Positions 1 to 6,913 of a stretch of DNA of 27,110 nt are shown here, one piece after another (the first letter of the stretch is position 1; each line of letters begins with the position of its first letter). This DNA is from a virus. Lineage: Duplodnaviria; Heunggongvirae; Uroviricota; Caudoviricetes. Both the position numbers and the translations under genes were made by a program. The stretch lies in the IMG/VR virus record IMGVR_UViG_2579778745_000003, positions 1 to 27,110 of that record, one strand, 5' to 3'. Below the pieces are notes generated by a model. It did no database searches and had not been told where the DNA came from. It worked only from the letters and a program-made list of their open reading frames with translations.

Positions 1-2
1 CG

Positions 3-86
3 ATGATCTGGCAGCCTGAGTTCACAGATAAAACACTCTCCAGGAAACCCGGGGCGGTTCAGGCGTTGATCGCTGCATTGGTGTGA
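3..86 (+). CDS. 3' end of an ORF entering from upstream (...IWQPEFTDKTLSRKPGAVQALIAALV*), product unknown
   Basis: Frame 3 is open from the window edge to TGA 84-86. The stop overlaps GTG 83-85 (GTGA junction) of the next small ORF. No domain recognised. Confidence 0.25.
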   Translation: MIWQPEFTDKTLSRKPGAVQALIAALV

Positions 87-217
87 TTTGTTCTTCGGTA
101 AGTGATGAGTTATTCCCTAATGTGCCTGAATATGGTGGTATTGGATACCAGTTCCTGTATGAAGGCGATGAGCTTAAATGCTATGAACATGGTCTTCTTA
201 TCGAAAGCGTAGAATAA
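83..217 (+). CDS. small hypothetical protein, 44 aa (MICSSVSDELFPNVPEYGGIGYQFLYEGDELKCYEHGLLIESVE)
   Basis: Hand-translated ORF below the ORF-track size cutoff. GTG start overlaps the upstream stop (GTGA). Followed by a hairpin plus T-rich tract at 232-256. Non-repetitive, protein-like composition. No SD seen, so weak. Confidence 0.25.
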   Translation: MICSSVSDELFPNVPEYGGIGYQFLYEGDELKCYEHGLLIESVE

Positions 218-231
218 TACGGCTTCCTTCC

Positions 232-256
232 AACCGGCTTTATTGGCCGGTTTATT
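232..256 (+). terminator. putative rho-independent terminator separating the upstream ORFs from the origin
   Basis: aaccggc (232-238) / gccggtt (246-252) stem with a 7-nt loop, followed by ttatt. Confidence 0.35.
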
Positions 257-269
257 CAACTTATCCACA
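252..269 (+). promoter_or_regulatory. tandem DnaA boxes at the outer edge of the plasmid origin
   Basis: ttatccaca at 261-269 is the perfect DnaA-box consensus. ttattcaac at 252-260 is a 7/9 variant directly adjacent. A further 8/9 box in reverse orientation (tgttgataa) lies at 496-504. P1 oriR has the same layout of DnaA boxes flanking the origin core. Confidence 0.7.
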
Positions 270-274
270 GCATA

Positions 275-368
275 GATCCAATAAACAGATCCTAAAGAGA
301 ACCTAGGAAGATCCAAAGAAGATCCCGGATCGCTGTAAGCCGCGCCATTTCTGGCCTGAAATGGGATC
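275..368. promoter_or_regulatory. GATC (Dam-site) cluster of the plasmid origin
   Basis: Six GATC sites at 275, 288, 310, 321, 328 and 365. Four are in the repeated context AGATCC. This matches the methylation-dependent heptamer block of P1-type oriR. Confidence 0.7.
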
Positions 369-372
369 AACA

Positions 373-471
373 TTGACTATACGCGATTTTATGTTGACTG
401 TGCACGATTTATTGTTGACTGCACGCGATTTATTGTTGACTATACGCGACAGAAACATTGACTGTACGCGA
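373..471 (+). repeat. five direct RepA iterons (incC-equivalent, origin and repA promoter region)
   Basis: Core TTGACT(A/G)(T/C)(A/G)C(G/A)CGA at 373, 394, 415, 436 and 458. Spacing is 21, 21, 21 and 22 bp (two helical turns). They lie immediately upstream of repA. Confidence 0.85.
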
Positions 472-551
472 TTTTAGAGCCTGACTATTCACAGTTGTTG
501 ATAACTGCAATCCAGATGACGCCAGGCCGCGCCACATATGGAGAAACCACG

Positions 552-1436
552 ATGCCGGAAGAAAATAAAGGCTTCCTTAGCGTTGAAGAAGTTGCTGGAA
601 ATACAGGAGAAATCCACAGCCTGAAACCCAATAACAATAGCACTATACAACCCATCGCTTTGTTGCGCTTAGGTGTGTTTGTGCCAACCTTAAAATCTAC
701 CAATGTGGCACTACGTCGCGGATCGTCAGTTACTACAAACACAACGAACGCAACCGAAGAACTATCAAGCCTCAAAATTGTTGAGCAGGAAGGCTATGAG
801 GGAATTGAAATTCATGGTCCACGCCTGGATATGGATACTGATTTTAAGGTGTGGGTGGGCATAACCTCCGCGTTGTTTGACTACGCACCTGATGATGACG
901 GTATAATCACCCTGCCATTCTCCGAGTTTGCCGATCGATGCGGCTATCCACGTAAGCGCCTTTCAAAGGCGTTCCGTAAAAGTATTGATGATTCTCTGAC
1001 ACGCATTCAGCAGACAGTTGTCAAATTCCGCTTCCCGGCGGCAAAAGGTCATCTCAATAACATTAACGTCAACTTGTTGGCATATAGCAGCCTGAATACC
1101 GAGCTTGATGTTATCGAGATCCAGCCGCAGAAACAGCTATCTGAACTTTACTATGTTGACTATAAGCGAATCCTGAAGCTGAAGATGCTGGATAAGCTCG
1201 GGCGCAAAGAGACGGCCAAGGTACTGTATACATTCTTTGAGGCTCTACCCGCCAACCCGGCACCTGTCAGCATTGAGCGCCTTAGAGCAAGGCTTAATCT
1301 CAAATCATCCGTTAGCGTGCAAAATAGCGTTATCAGAAAAGCCATGAAAGATTTAGAAGCTATTGAATATCTTAAATTTTCAGAGATAAAAAACGGCAGG
1401 AAAATCGGCTTCCAGATCCATAAGCGCAATCCATAA
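552..1436 (+). CDS. repA: plasmid replication initiator RepA (P1 RepA family, divergent allele)
   Basis: PIALLRLGVFVP and GPRLDMDTDFKVWVGI match the P1 RepA motifs PVALMRLGVFVP and GPRLDMDTDFKTWIGV as I recall them. Flanked by iteron arrays on both sides. Start chosen at ATG 552 (GGAG at 540-543). The ORF is open from 495, and ATG 516 is an alternative. Confidence 0.85.
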   Translation: MPEENKGFLSVEEVAGNTGEIHSLKPNNNSTIQPIALLRLGVFVPTLKSTNVALRRGSSVTTNTTNATEELSSLKIVEQEGYEGIEIHGPRLDMDTDFKVWVGITSALFDYAPDDDGIITLPFSEFADRCGYPRKRLSKAFRKSIDDSLTRIQQTVVKFRFPAAKGHLNNINVNLLAYSSLNTELDVIEIQPQKQLSELYYVDYKRILKLKMLDKLGRKETAKVLYTFFEALPANPAPVSIERLRARLNLKSSVSVQNSVIRKAMKDLEAIEYLKFSEIKNGRKIGFQIHKRNP

Positions 1437-1438
1437 TA

Positions 1439-1693
1439 TTGACTATATGCGATAGCGAGAAGTTGACTATAGGCGACATTCATTGACGCTGGTGGATTTT
1501 TGCTGGAGTCAATATTCTGCAAGTCGCTATTGAGATGGCTTTTAGGGTCATTTCATCGCGTATAGTCAACGTTTCTCCCGACAATATCTTACATAGTCGA
1601 TCTTTGGTGGAGTTAAATCGACTACAGTCAACTTTTGACTGTAGTCACATCGCGCATAGTCAACTATTCACATTAACCTTCGCGCATAGTCAA
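1439..1693. repeat. incA: incA-like copy-control iteron array (about 9 iterons, both orientations)
   Basis: Same core as the origin iterons. Forward copies at 1439-1452, 1463-1476, 1483-1496 (degenerate) and 1635-1648. Reverse copies (TCGCGNATAGTCAA) at 1501-1512 (degenerate), 1556-1569, 1618-1631, 1650-1663 and 1680-1693. The position downstream of repA mirrors P1 incA. Confidence 0.8.
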
Positions 1694-1728
1694 CATTTGC
1701 GCGGTTCTCATCAAGCAGTGGTATTGAT

Positions 1729-2538
1729 ATGCAAGAAGAGAAACAACACTACCTCTACGTTCTGGTGCCAGAGAACGGAGATACTTTTAAAATCGGCATT
1801 TCATGTGGTCCATTGGCACGGTTTAAAGGGCTACAAGTGAGTCCCGATTTTGCGCTTTCACGGGTCTATCGTGGTACACGTTTGGCAATGGTTAATCTTG
1901 AGCGGGCTTTACACGCAACCTTTTTCCCCTGGAATGCGCCGTGGGAGAAAAGCGTCGGTGGCGGGCATACTGAATGGTTTACACGAGAGTGTCTTGATAA
2001 GGTTTTGGCTCATATCGAATATCTAAATGATATGTGGGGAGGGATTCTCGAGCGCATTAAGTCGAATGATTTACTTCAGCGTCCAGTAGATGCTGCTTGC
2101 TCTTTCGAAAAAGAGCTGGATGTTACTTCTATCGTGACTTTCAAAGATGACGCAGGAATGAGGGACGTGGCTTATGTCTCCATATCTGGCTATGAACCGG
2201 ACGCGATCCGCGCTCAATGTGAATTGCTGAAAGCAATGTTTATGCTTCGGACTAAATATCCCTGGGATACAGGGCGGGTGTGCTTCCCTATGGAAGAGTT
2301 AACCGCCACCATTGATTCCCAGCTTTACCACGATAATCCAGAGAAGTTTTTTAGCCTTTTAGCCGGTAATGGGCTTAACTGTGTGTCCGGGCTGGGGCGA
2401 AGTAGAATCCAACATGCCTCGCTCTTCGGTCCCTTCTTTTACGATCGACACGGGTACTTTGAGGCTGAACTTCCGGCGCTTACGCGTGCTATAGATACTA
2501 TCGATTTCGAACGATTATTCGCTGCTCTTAGCAAATAA
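1729..2538 (+). CDS. T5orf172 / GIY-YIG-superfamily domain protein with an uncharacterised about 170-aa C-terminal region
   Basis: The N-terminus HYLYVLVPENGDTFKIGISCGPLARFKGLQ...LERALHATF...GGGHTEWF follows the T5orf172 (MUG113-like) pattern YvYvl..g..KIG.t.....R...l...(28-30 aa)..lE..lH..f....(gap)..EWF. The C-terminal half is unrecognised. Own terminator follows. No gene occupies this position in P1 as I recall its map. Confidence 0.7.
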   Translation: MQEEKQHYLYVLVPENGDTFKIGISCGPLARFKGLQVSPDFALSRVYRGTRLAMVNLERALHATFFPWNAPWEKSVGGGHTEWFTRECLDKVLAHIEYLNDMWGGILERIKSNDLLQRPVDAACSFEKELDVTSIVTFKDDAGMRDVAYVSISGYEPDAIRAQCELLKAMFMLRTKYPWDTGRVCFPMEELTATIDSQLYHDNPEKFFSLLAGNGLNCVSGLGRSRIQHASLFGPFFYDRHGYFEAELPALTRAIDTIDFERLFAALSK

Positions 2539-2545
2539 CACTGAT

Positions 2546-2566
2546 GCCCCTGAACGGGGCTTTTTT
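2546..2566 (+). terminator. rho-independent terminator after the T5orf172 gene
   Basis: gcccc (2546-2550) tgaac ggggc (2556-2560) followed by tttttt (2561-2566). Confidence 0.8.
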
Positions 2567-2653
2567 GTGCCTTTCTTGTAACTCTCAATCGTGCAAAATG
2601 AACCAAACATGCAGAGAATGCTATGTACAAGCATCTACGCATACATTATTATT

Positions 2654-2693
2654 TTATGCAGCATTTTTAATTAAATTCAAAAATACAGCATAA
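2654..2693 (+). promoter_or_regulatory. parOP: imperfect inverted repeat operator/promoter of the par operon
   Basis: TTATGCAGCATTTTTAATT ... AATTCAAAAATACAGCATAA forms an imperfect inverted repeat of about 20 bp per arm, ending 13 bp before the parA ATG. This is the arrangement known for the ParA-autoregulated P1 par promoter. Confidence 0.65.
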
Positions 2694-2706
2694 AGGATGA
2701 CTTTCG

Positions 2707-3903
2707 ATGAGTGATTCCAGCCAGCTTCACAAGGTTGCTCAAAGAGCAAACAGAATGCTCAATGTTCTGACTGAACAAGTACAGTTGCAAAAGGATGAGC
2801 TACACGCGAACGAGTTTTACCAGGTCTATGCGAAAGCGGCACTGGCAAAATTGCCTCTACTGACTCGAGCGAACGTTGACTATGCCGTAAGTGAAATGGA
2901 AGAAAAGGGTTATGTTTTCGATAAACGCCCTGCTGGCTCTTCAATGAAATATGCGATGTCAATTCAGAACATCATTGACATATATGAACATCGCGGAGTG
3001 CCAAAATACCGGGATCGCTACAGCGAAGCGTATGTGATTTTCATCTCCAATCTTAAAGGCGGTGTGTCAAAAACTGTATCGACGGTTTCTCTGGCGCATG
3101 CAATGCGTGCCCACCCTCATCTTCTGATGGAAGATTTAAGGATTCTGGTTATTGACCTTGATCCGCAATCTTCAGCAACGATGTTTTTAAGCCATAAACA
3201 CTCTATTGGTATCGTAAACGCAACATCTGCACAGGCTATGTTGCAGAATGTAAGCCGTGAAGAGCTGTTAGAGGAGTTTATTGTTCCTTCTGTTGTACCT
3301 GGGGTTGACGTTATGCCTGCGTCGATTGACGATGCCTTTATTGCATCCGATTGGAGAGAGCTGTGCAATGAGCATCTACCGGGTCAGAACATCCATGCTG
3401 TCCTGAAAGAAAATGTGATTGATAAGCTGAAGAGCGATTATGACTTTATCCTCGTTGATAGTGGTCCTCACCTTGACGCCTTCCTGAAAAATGCTTTGGC
3501 CTCGGCCAATATACTGTTTACACCTCTGCCGCCAGCAACTGTCGATTTCCACTCATCGCTTAAATACGTTGCCCGCCTTCCTGAGTTGGTAAAACTCATT
3601 TCGGATGAAGGCTGCGAGTGCCAGCTTGCGACTAACATTGGTTTTATGTCCAAGTTGAGTAACAAGGCAGATCATAAGTATTGCCATAGCCTGGCTAAAG
3701 AAGTGTTCGGTGGGGATATGCTTGATGTCGTCCTCCCTCGCCTTGACGGTTTTGAACGCTGCGGCGAGTCTTTTGACACTGTTATTTCAGCTAACCCGGC
3801 AACGTATGTTGGTAGTGCTGATGCATTGAAGAACGCGCGAATTGCCGCGGAAGATTTTGCTAAAGCAGTTTTTGACCGTATTGAATTTATCAGATCTAAC
3901 TGA
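2707..3903 (+). CDS. parA: partition ATPase ParA (type Ia, Walker-type KGGVSKT)
   Basis: 398 aa. The sequence reads as P1 ParA (MSDSSQLHKVAQRANRMLNVLTEQ..., deviant Walker A NLKGGVSKT). An N-terminal HTH region is present. Followed by parB and parS. Confidence 0.95.
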   Translation: MSDSSQLHKVAQRANRMLNVLTEQVQLQKDELHANEFYQVYAKAALAKLPLLTRANVDYAVSEMEEKGYVFDKRPAGSSMKYAMSIQNIIDIYEHRGVPKYRDRYSEAYVIFISNLKGGVSKTVSTVSLAHAMRAHPHLLMEDLRILVIDLDPQSSATMFLSHKHSIGIVNATSAQAMLQNVSREELLEEFIVPSVVPGVDVMPASIDDAFIASDWRELCNEHLPGQNIHAVLKENVIDKLKSDYDFILVDSGPHLDAFLKNALASANILFTPLPPATVDFHSSLKYVARLPELVKLISDEGCECQLATNIGFMSKLSNKADHKYCHSLAKEVFGGDMLDVVLPRLDGFERCGESFDTVISANPATYVGSADALKNARIAAEDFAKAVFDRIEFIRSN

Positions 3904-3919
3904 GGAGTAAGAAACCCCC

Positions 3920-4921
3920 ATGTCAAAGAAAAACAGACCAACAATTGGGCGAACCCTTAATCCTTCAATATTAAGCGGATTTGATAGTTCTTCAGCCTCT
4001 GGCGATCGAGTCGAGCAGGTATTCAAGTTATCAACTGGTCGCCAGGCCACATTTATTGAAGAGGTAATACCTCCGAACCAGGTAGAAAGCGATACCTTTG
4101 TTGATCAGCATAACAACGGGCGTGACCAGGCATCTCTTACGCCAAAATCATTAAAAAGTATCCGAAGCACTATTAAGCATCAGCAATTTTACCCTGCAAT
4201 AGGTGTTAGACGGGCTACAGGGAAAATTGAAATTTTGGATGGTTCCCGGCGTCGAGCTTCTGCCATCTTAGAGAACGTAGGGTTGCGGGTTTTAGTCACG
4301 GACCAGGAGATCAGCGTTCAGGAAGCGCAAAATTTAGCGAAAGACGTTCAGACAGCATTGCAGCACAGCATTCGAGAAATAGGTCTGCGTTTGATGCGAA
4401 TGAAAAATGATGGGATGAGTCAGAAGGATATTGCAGCCAAAGAAGGGCTGTCTCAGGCGAAGGTCACGCGTGCTCTCCAGGCAGCGAGTGCTCCGGAAGA
4501 ATTAGTCGCCCTTTTCCCTGTTCAGTCGGAATTAACCTTTTCGGACTACAAAACGCTTTGTGCTGTTGGCGACGAAATGGGGAACAAGAATTTAGAGTTT
4601 GATCAGCTTATTCAAAACATATCCCCGGAAATAAACGACATCTTATCCATTGAAGAAATGGCCGAAGATGAAGTTAAAAATAAAATCCTGCGCTTGATAA
4701 CAAAGGAAGCCTCACTACTCACGGATAAAGGTTCTAAAGATAAGTCCGTAGTTACTGAATTATGGAAATTTGAGGACAAGGATCGCTTTGCAAGGAAGCG
4801 CGTGAAAGGCCGTGCATTTTCTTATGAGTTTAATCGACTTTCAAAAGAGCTACAGGAAGAACTCGACAGGATGATTGGGCATATCCTTAGAAAGAGCCTC
4901 GATAAAAAGCCGAAGCCTTAA
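3920..4921 (+). CDS. parB: partition centromere-binding protein ParB
   Basis: 333 aa. The sequence reads as P1 ParB (MSKKNRPTIGRTLNPSIL..., ParB box GSRRRAS, HTH MSQKDIAAKEGLSQAKVTRAL). SD gaggag lies upstream. Confidence 0.95.
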   Translation: MSKKNRPTIGRTLNPSILSGFDSSSASGDRVEQVFKLSTGRQATFIEEVIPPNQVESDTFVDQHNNGRDQASLTPKSLKSIRSTIKHQQFYPAIGVRRATGKIEILDGSRRRASAILENVGLRVLVTDQEISVQEAQNLAKDVQTALQHSIREIGLRLMRMKNDGMSQKDIAAKEGLSQAKVTRALQAASAPEELVALFPVQSELTFSDYKTLCAVGDEMGNKNLEFDQLIQNISPEINDILSIEEMAEDEVKNKILRLITKEASLLTDKGSKDKSVVTELWKFEDKDRFARKRVKGRAFSYEFNRLSKELQEELDRMIGHILRKSLDKKPKP

Positions 4922-4925
4922 ACTT

Positions 4926-5008
4926 TCGCCATTCAAATTTCACTATTAACCAACTGTTTTTAAAGTAAATCTATCTAAAATTTCAAGGTGAAATCGCCAC
5001 GATTTCAC
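4926..5008 (+). other. parS: parS centromere (box A heptamers, box B hexamers, central IHF-bent spacer)
   Basis: Box B TCGCCA at 4926-4931 and 4994-4999. Box A ATTTCAC at 4937-4943 and 5002-5008, plus atttcaa/gtgaaat around 4979-4994. An AT-rich spacer lies between the arms. Matches the P1 parS architecture. Confidence 0.9.
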
Positions 5009-5070
5009 CTTGGATTTTACCTTCCTCCCCTACTCCCGAAAAAAATAAAAAAATTGCTTGTCACGAGAAA

Positions 5071-5095
5071 GTCAACAAGTGACTTTCAATAAAAT
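5071..5095 (+). promoter_or_regulatory. candidate P1-type late promoter upstream of gene 23
   Basis: gtcaacaagtgac (5071-5083), 6 nt, then TAAAAT (5090-5095). The same ACAAGT(G/T)AC + 6 nt + TA(A/C)AAT arrangement recurs at 25331-25354, and a related one at 17055-17079. No -35 box, as expected for Lpa-dependent promoters. Confidence 0.5.
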
Positions 5096-5146
5096 CTCTT
5101 CCGAAAAGGGATTCACACAAGTGCCTTGTGTTTAAGGAAGAGTAAA

Positions 5147-6853
5147 TTGAGTAACTTACGCGAATACCAGAATCGTATTGCAGATATCGCAAAACGCTCT
5201 AAAGCTGTGCTTGGCTGGGCAAGCACTGCGCAGTTCGGTACTGATAACCAATTCATTAAAGATGATGCCGCGCGTGCCGCATCTATCCTTGAAGCTGCAC
5301 GTAAAGACCCGGTTTTTGCGGGTATCTCTGATAATGCCACCGCTCAAATCGCTACAGCGTGGGCAAGTGCACTGGCTGACTACGCCGCAGCACATAAATC
5401 TATGCCGCGTCCGGAAATTCTGGCCTCCTGCCACCAGACGCTGGAAAACTGCCTGATTGAGTCCACCCGCAATAGCATGGATGCCACTAATAAAGCGATG
5501 CTGGAATCCGTCGCAGCAGAGATGATGAGCGTTTCTGACGGTGTTATGCGTCTGCCTTTATTCCTCGCGATGATCCTGCCTGTTCAGTTGGGGGCAGCTA
5601 CCGCTGATGCGTGTACCTTCATTCCGGTTACGCGTGACCAGTCCGACATCTATGAAGTCTTTAACGTGGCAGGTTCCTCTTTTGGTTCTTATGCTGCTGG
5701 TGATGTTCTGGACATGCAATCCGTCGGTGTGTACAGCCAGTTACGCCGCCGCTATGTGCTGGTGGCAAGCTCCGATGGCACCAGCAAAACCGCAACCTTC
5801 AAGATGGAAGACTTCGAAGGCCAGAATGTACCAATCCGAAAAGGTCGCACTAATATCTACGTTAACCGTATTAAGTCTGTTGTTGATAACGGTTCCGGCA
5901 GCCTACTTCACTCGTTTACTAATGCTGCTGGTGAGCAAATCACTGTTACCTGCTCTCTGAACTACAACATTGGTCAGATTGCCCTGTCGTTCTCCAAAGC
6001 GCCGGATAAAGGCACTGAGATCGCAATTGAGACGGAAATCAATATTGAAGCCGCTCCTGAGCTGATCCCGCTGATCAACCACGAAATGAAGAAATACACC
6101 CTGTTCCCAAGCCAGTTCGTTATCGCGGCTGAGCACACGGTACAGGCGGCGTATGAAGCACAGCGTGAATTTGGTCTGGACCTGGGTTCCCTACAGTTCC
6201 GCACCCTGAAGGAATACCTGTCTCATGAACAGGATATGCTGCGTCTTCGCATCATGATCTGGCGTACTCTTGCGAACGACACCTTTGACATCGCTCTGCC
6301 GGTTAACCAGTCCTTTGATGTATGGGCAACCATCATTCGTGGCAAATTCCAGACTGTATATCGCGACATTATTGAGCGCGTTAAATCTTCTGGTGCGATG
6401 GGGATGTTTGCTGGTGCTGATGCAGCATCTTTCTTCAAACAGTTGCCGAAGGATTTCTTCCAGCCAGCCGAAGACTATATCCAGACTCCGTATGTTCACT
6501 ACATCGGTACCCTGTTCGGTAACGTGAAAGTGTACGAAGTACCTGCTGGTATTTGTAAGAACTTAACGACAGAGAACATTCAGTTCAGCTCGATGGATGT
6601 GCTGTGCTACGTCCGTGATGAAAATCCGGGTAAAGCAGGCTTCGTGACTGGTGATGCTGTCCCGGCCATCCCGTTCCAGCATCCGACCACTCCGGCGCTG
6701 GTCAACCGTACCACGCTGTGGGGTTCGGCTATCAACGATATGCACCCACGCAACGGCGCTGATTACTTCACTCGTGTAACGCTGACAATGGCCAAAAAAG
6801 GCGGGCTTAACTTCATTAGCGGCGACACGATTGATGCCGGTGACTCTGAGTAA
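5147..6853 (+). CDS. 23: major head (capsid) protein precursor, P1 gp23
   Basis: Large ORF directly beyond parS, as in P1. The sequence (SNLREYQNRIADIAKRSKAVLGW...) reads as P1 gp23 from memory. Start set at TTG 5147 behind SD aaggaag (5134-5140). The ORF is open from TTG 5126. Confidence 0.7.
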   Translation: MSNLREYQNRIADIAKRSKAVLGWASTAQFGTDNQFIKDDAARAASILEAARKDPVFAGISDNATAQIATAWASALADYAAAHKSMPRPEILASCHQTLENCLIESTRNSMDATNKAMLESVAAEMMSVSDGVMRLPLFLAMILPVQLGAATADACTFIPVTRDQSDIYEVFNVAGSSFGSYAAGDVLDMQSVGVYSQLRRRYVLVASSDGTSKTATFKMEDFEGQNVPIRKGRTNIYVNRIKSVVDNGSGSLLHSFTNAAGEQITVTCSLNYNIGQIALSFSKAPDKGTEIAIETEINIEAAPELIPLINHEMKKYTLFPSQFVIAAEHTVQAAYEAQREFGLDLGSLQFRTLKEYLSHEQDMLRLRIMIWRTLANDTFDIALPVNQSFDVWATIIRGKFQTVYRDIIERVKSSGAMGMFAGADAASFFKQLPKDFFQPAEDYIQTPYVHYIGTLFGNVKVYEVPAGICKNLTTENIQFSSMDVLCYVRDENPGKAGFVTGDAVPAIPFQHPTTPALVNRTTLWGSAINDMHPRNGADYFTRVTLTMAKKGGLNFISGDTIDAGDSE

Positions 6854-6913
6854 TCAGGGGAAGTTCTCCGTTTAACATAGCGCCCCCGTGCGGGGCGCAT
6901 AACAGGGAAAGTT

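Noticed and set aside
110-373. 87-aa minus-strand ORF from the track
   Set aside because: Its start codon and first about 35 codons lie inside the origin core (GATC cluster, DnaA boxes). The sequence looks like antisense noise. Plus-strand reading with a terminator at 232-256 explains the region better.
373-471. Regularly spaced short repeats that could superficially resemble a CRISPR array (also 1439-1693)
   Set aside because: Repeat cores are 14 bp with only about 7-bp gaps. They flank a RepA gene and occur in both orientations downstream. These are replication and copy-control iterons, not CRISPR repeats.
485-1522. Minus-strand ORFs 485-775 and 1160-1522 antisense to repA
   Set aside because: Both overlap the well-supported repA frame almost entirely. 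They have low-complexity, antisense-type composition and no SD.
1535-1840. 101-aa plus-strand ORF across the incA iterons
   Set aside because: It is built from the iteron repeats themselves and runs out of frame into the T5orf172 gene. It is an artefact of repeated sequence.
6880-6898. GC-rich hairpin between genes 23 and 22 as a terminator
   Set aside because: There is no T-run, and the downstream gene is in the same late operon. It is more likely an mRNA stability or processing or attenuating structure, so it is not called a terminator. Similar hairpins lie at 9336-9356 and 25311-25333.
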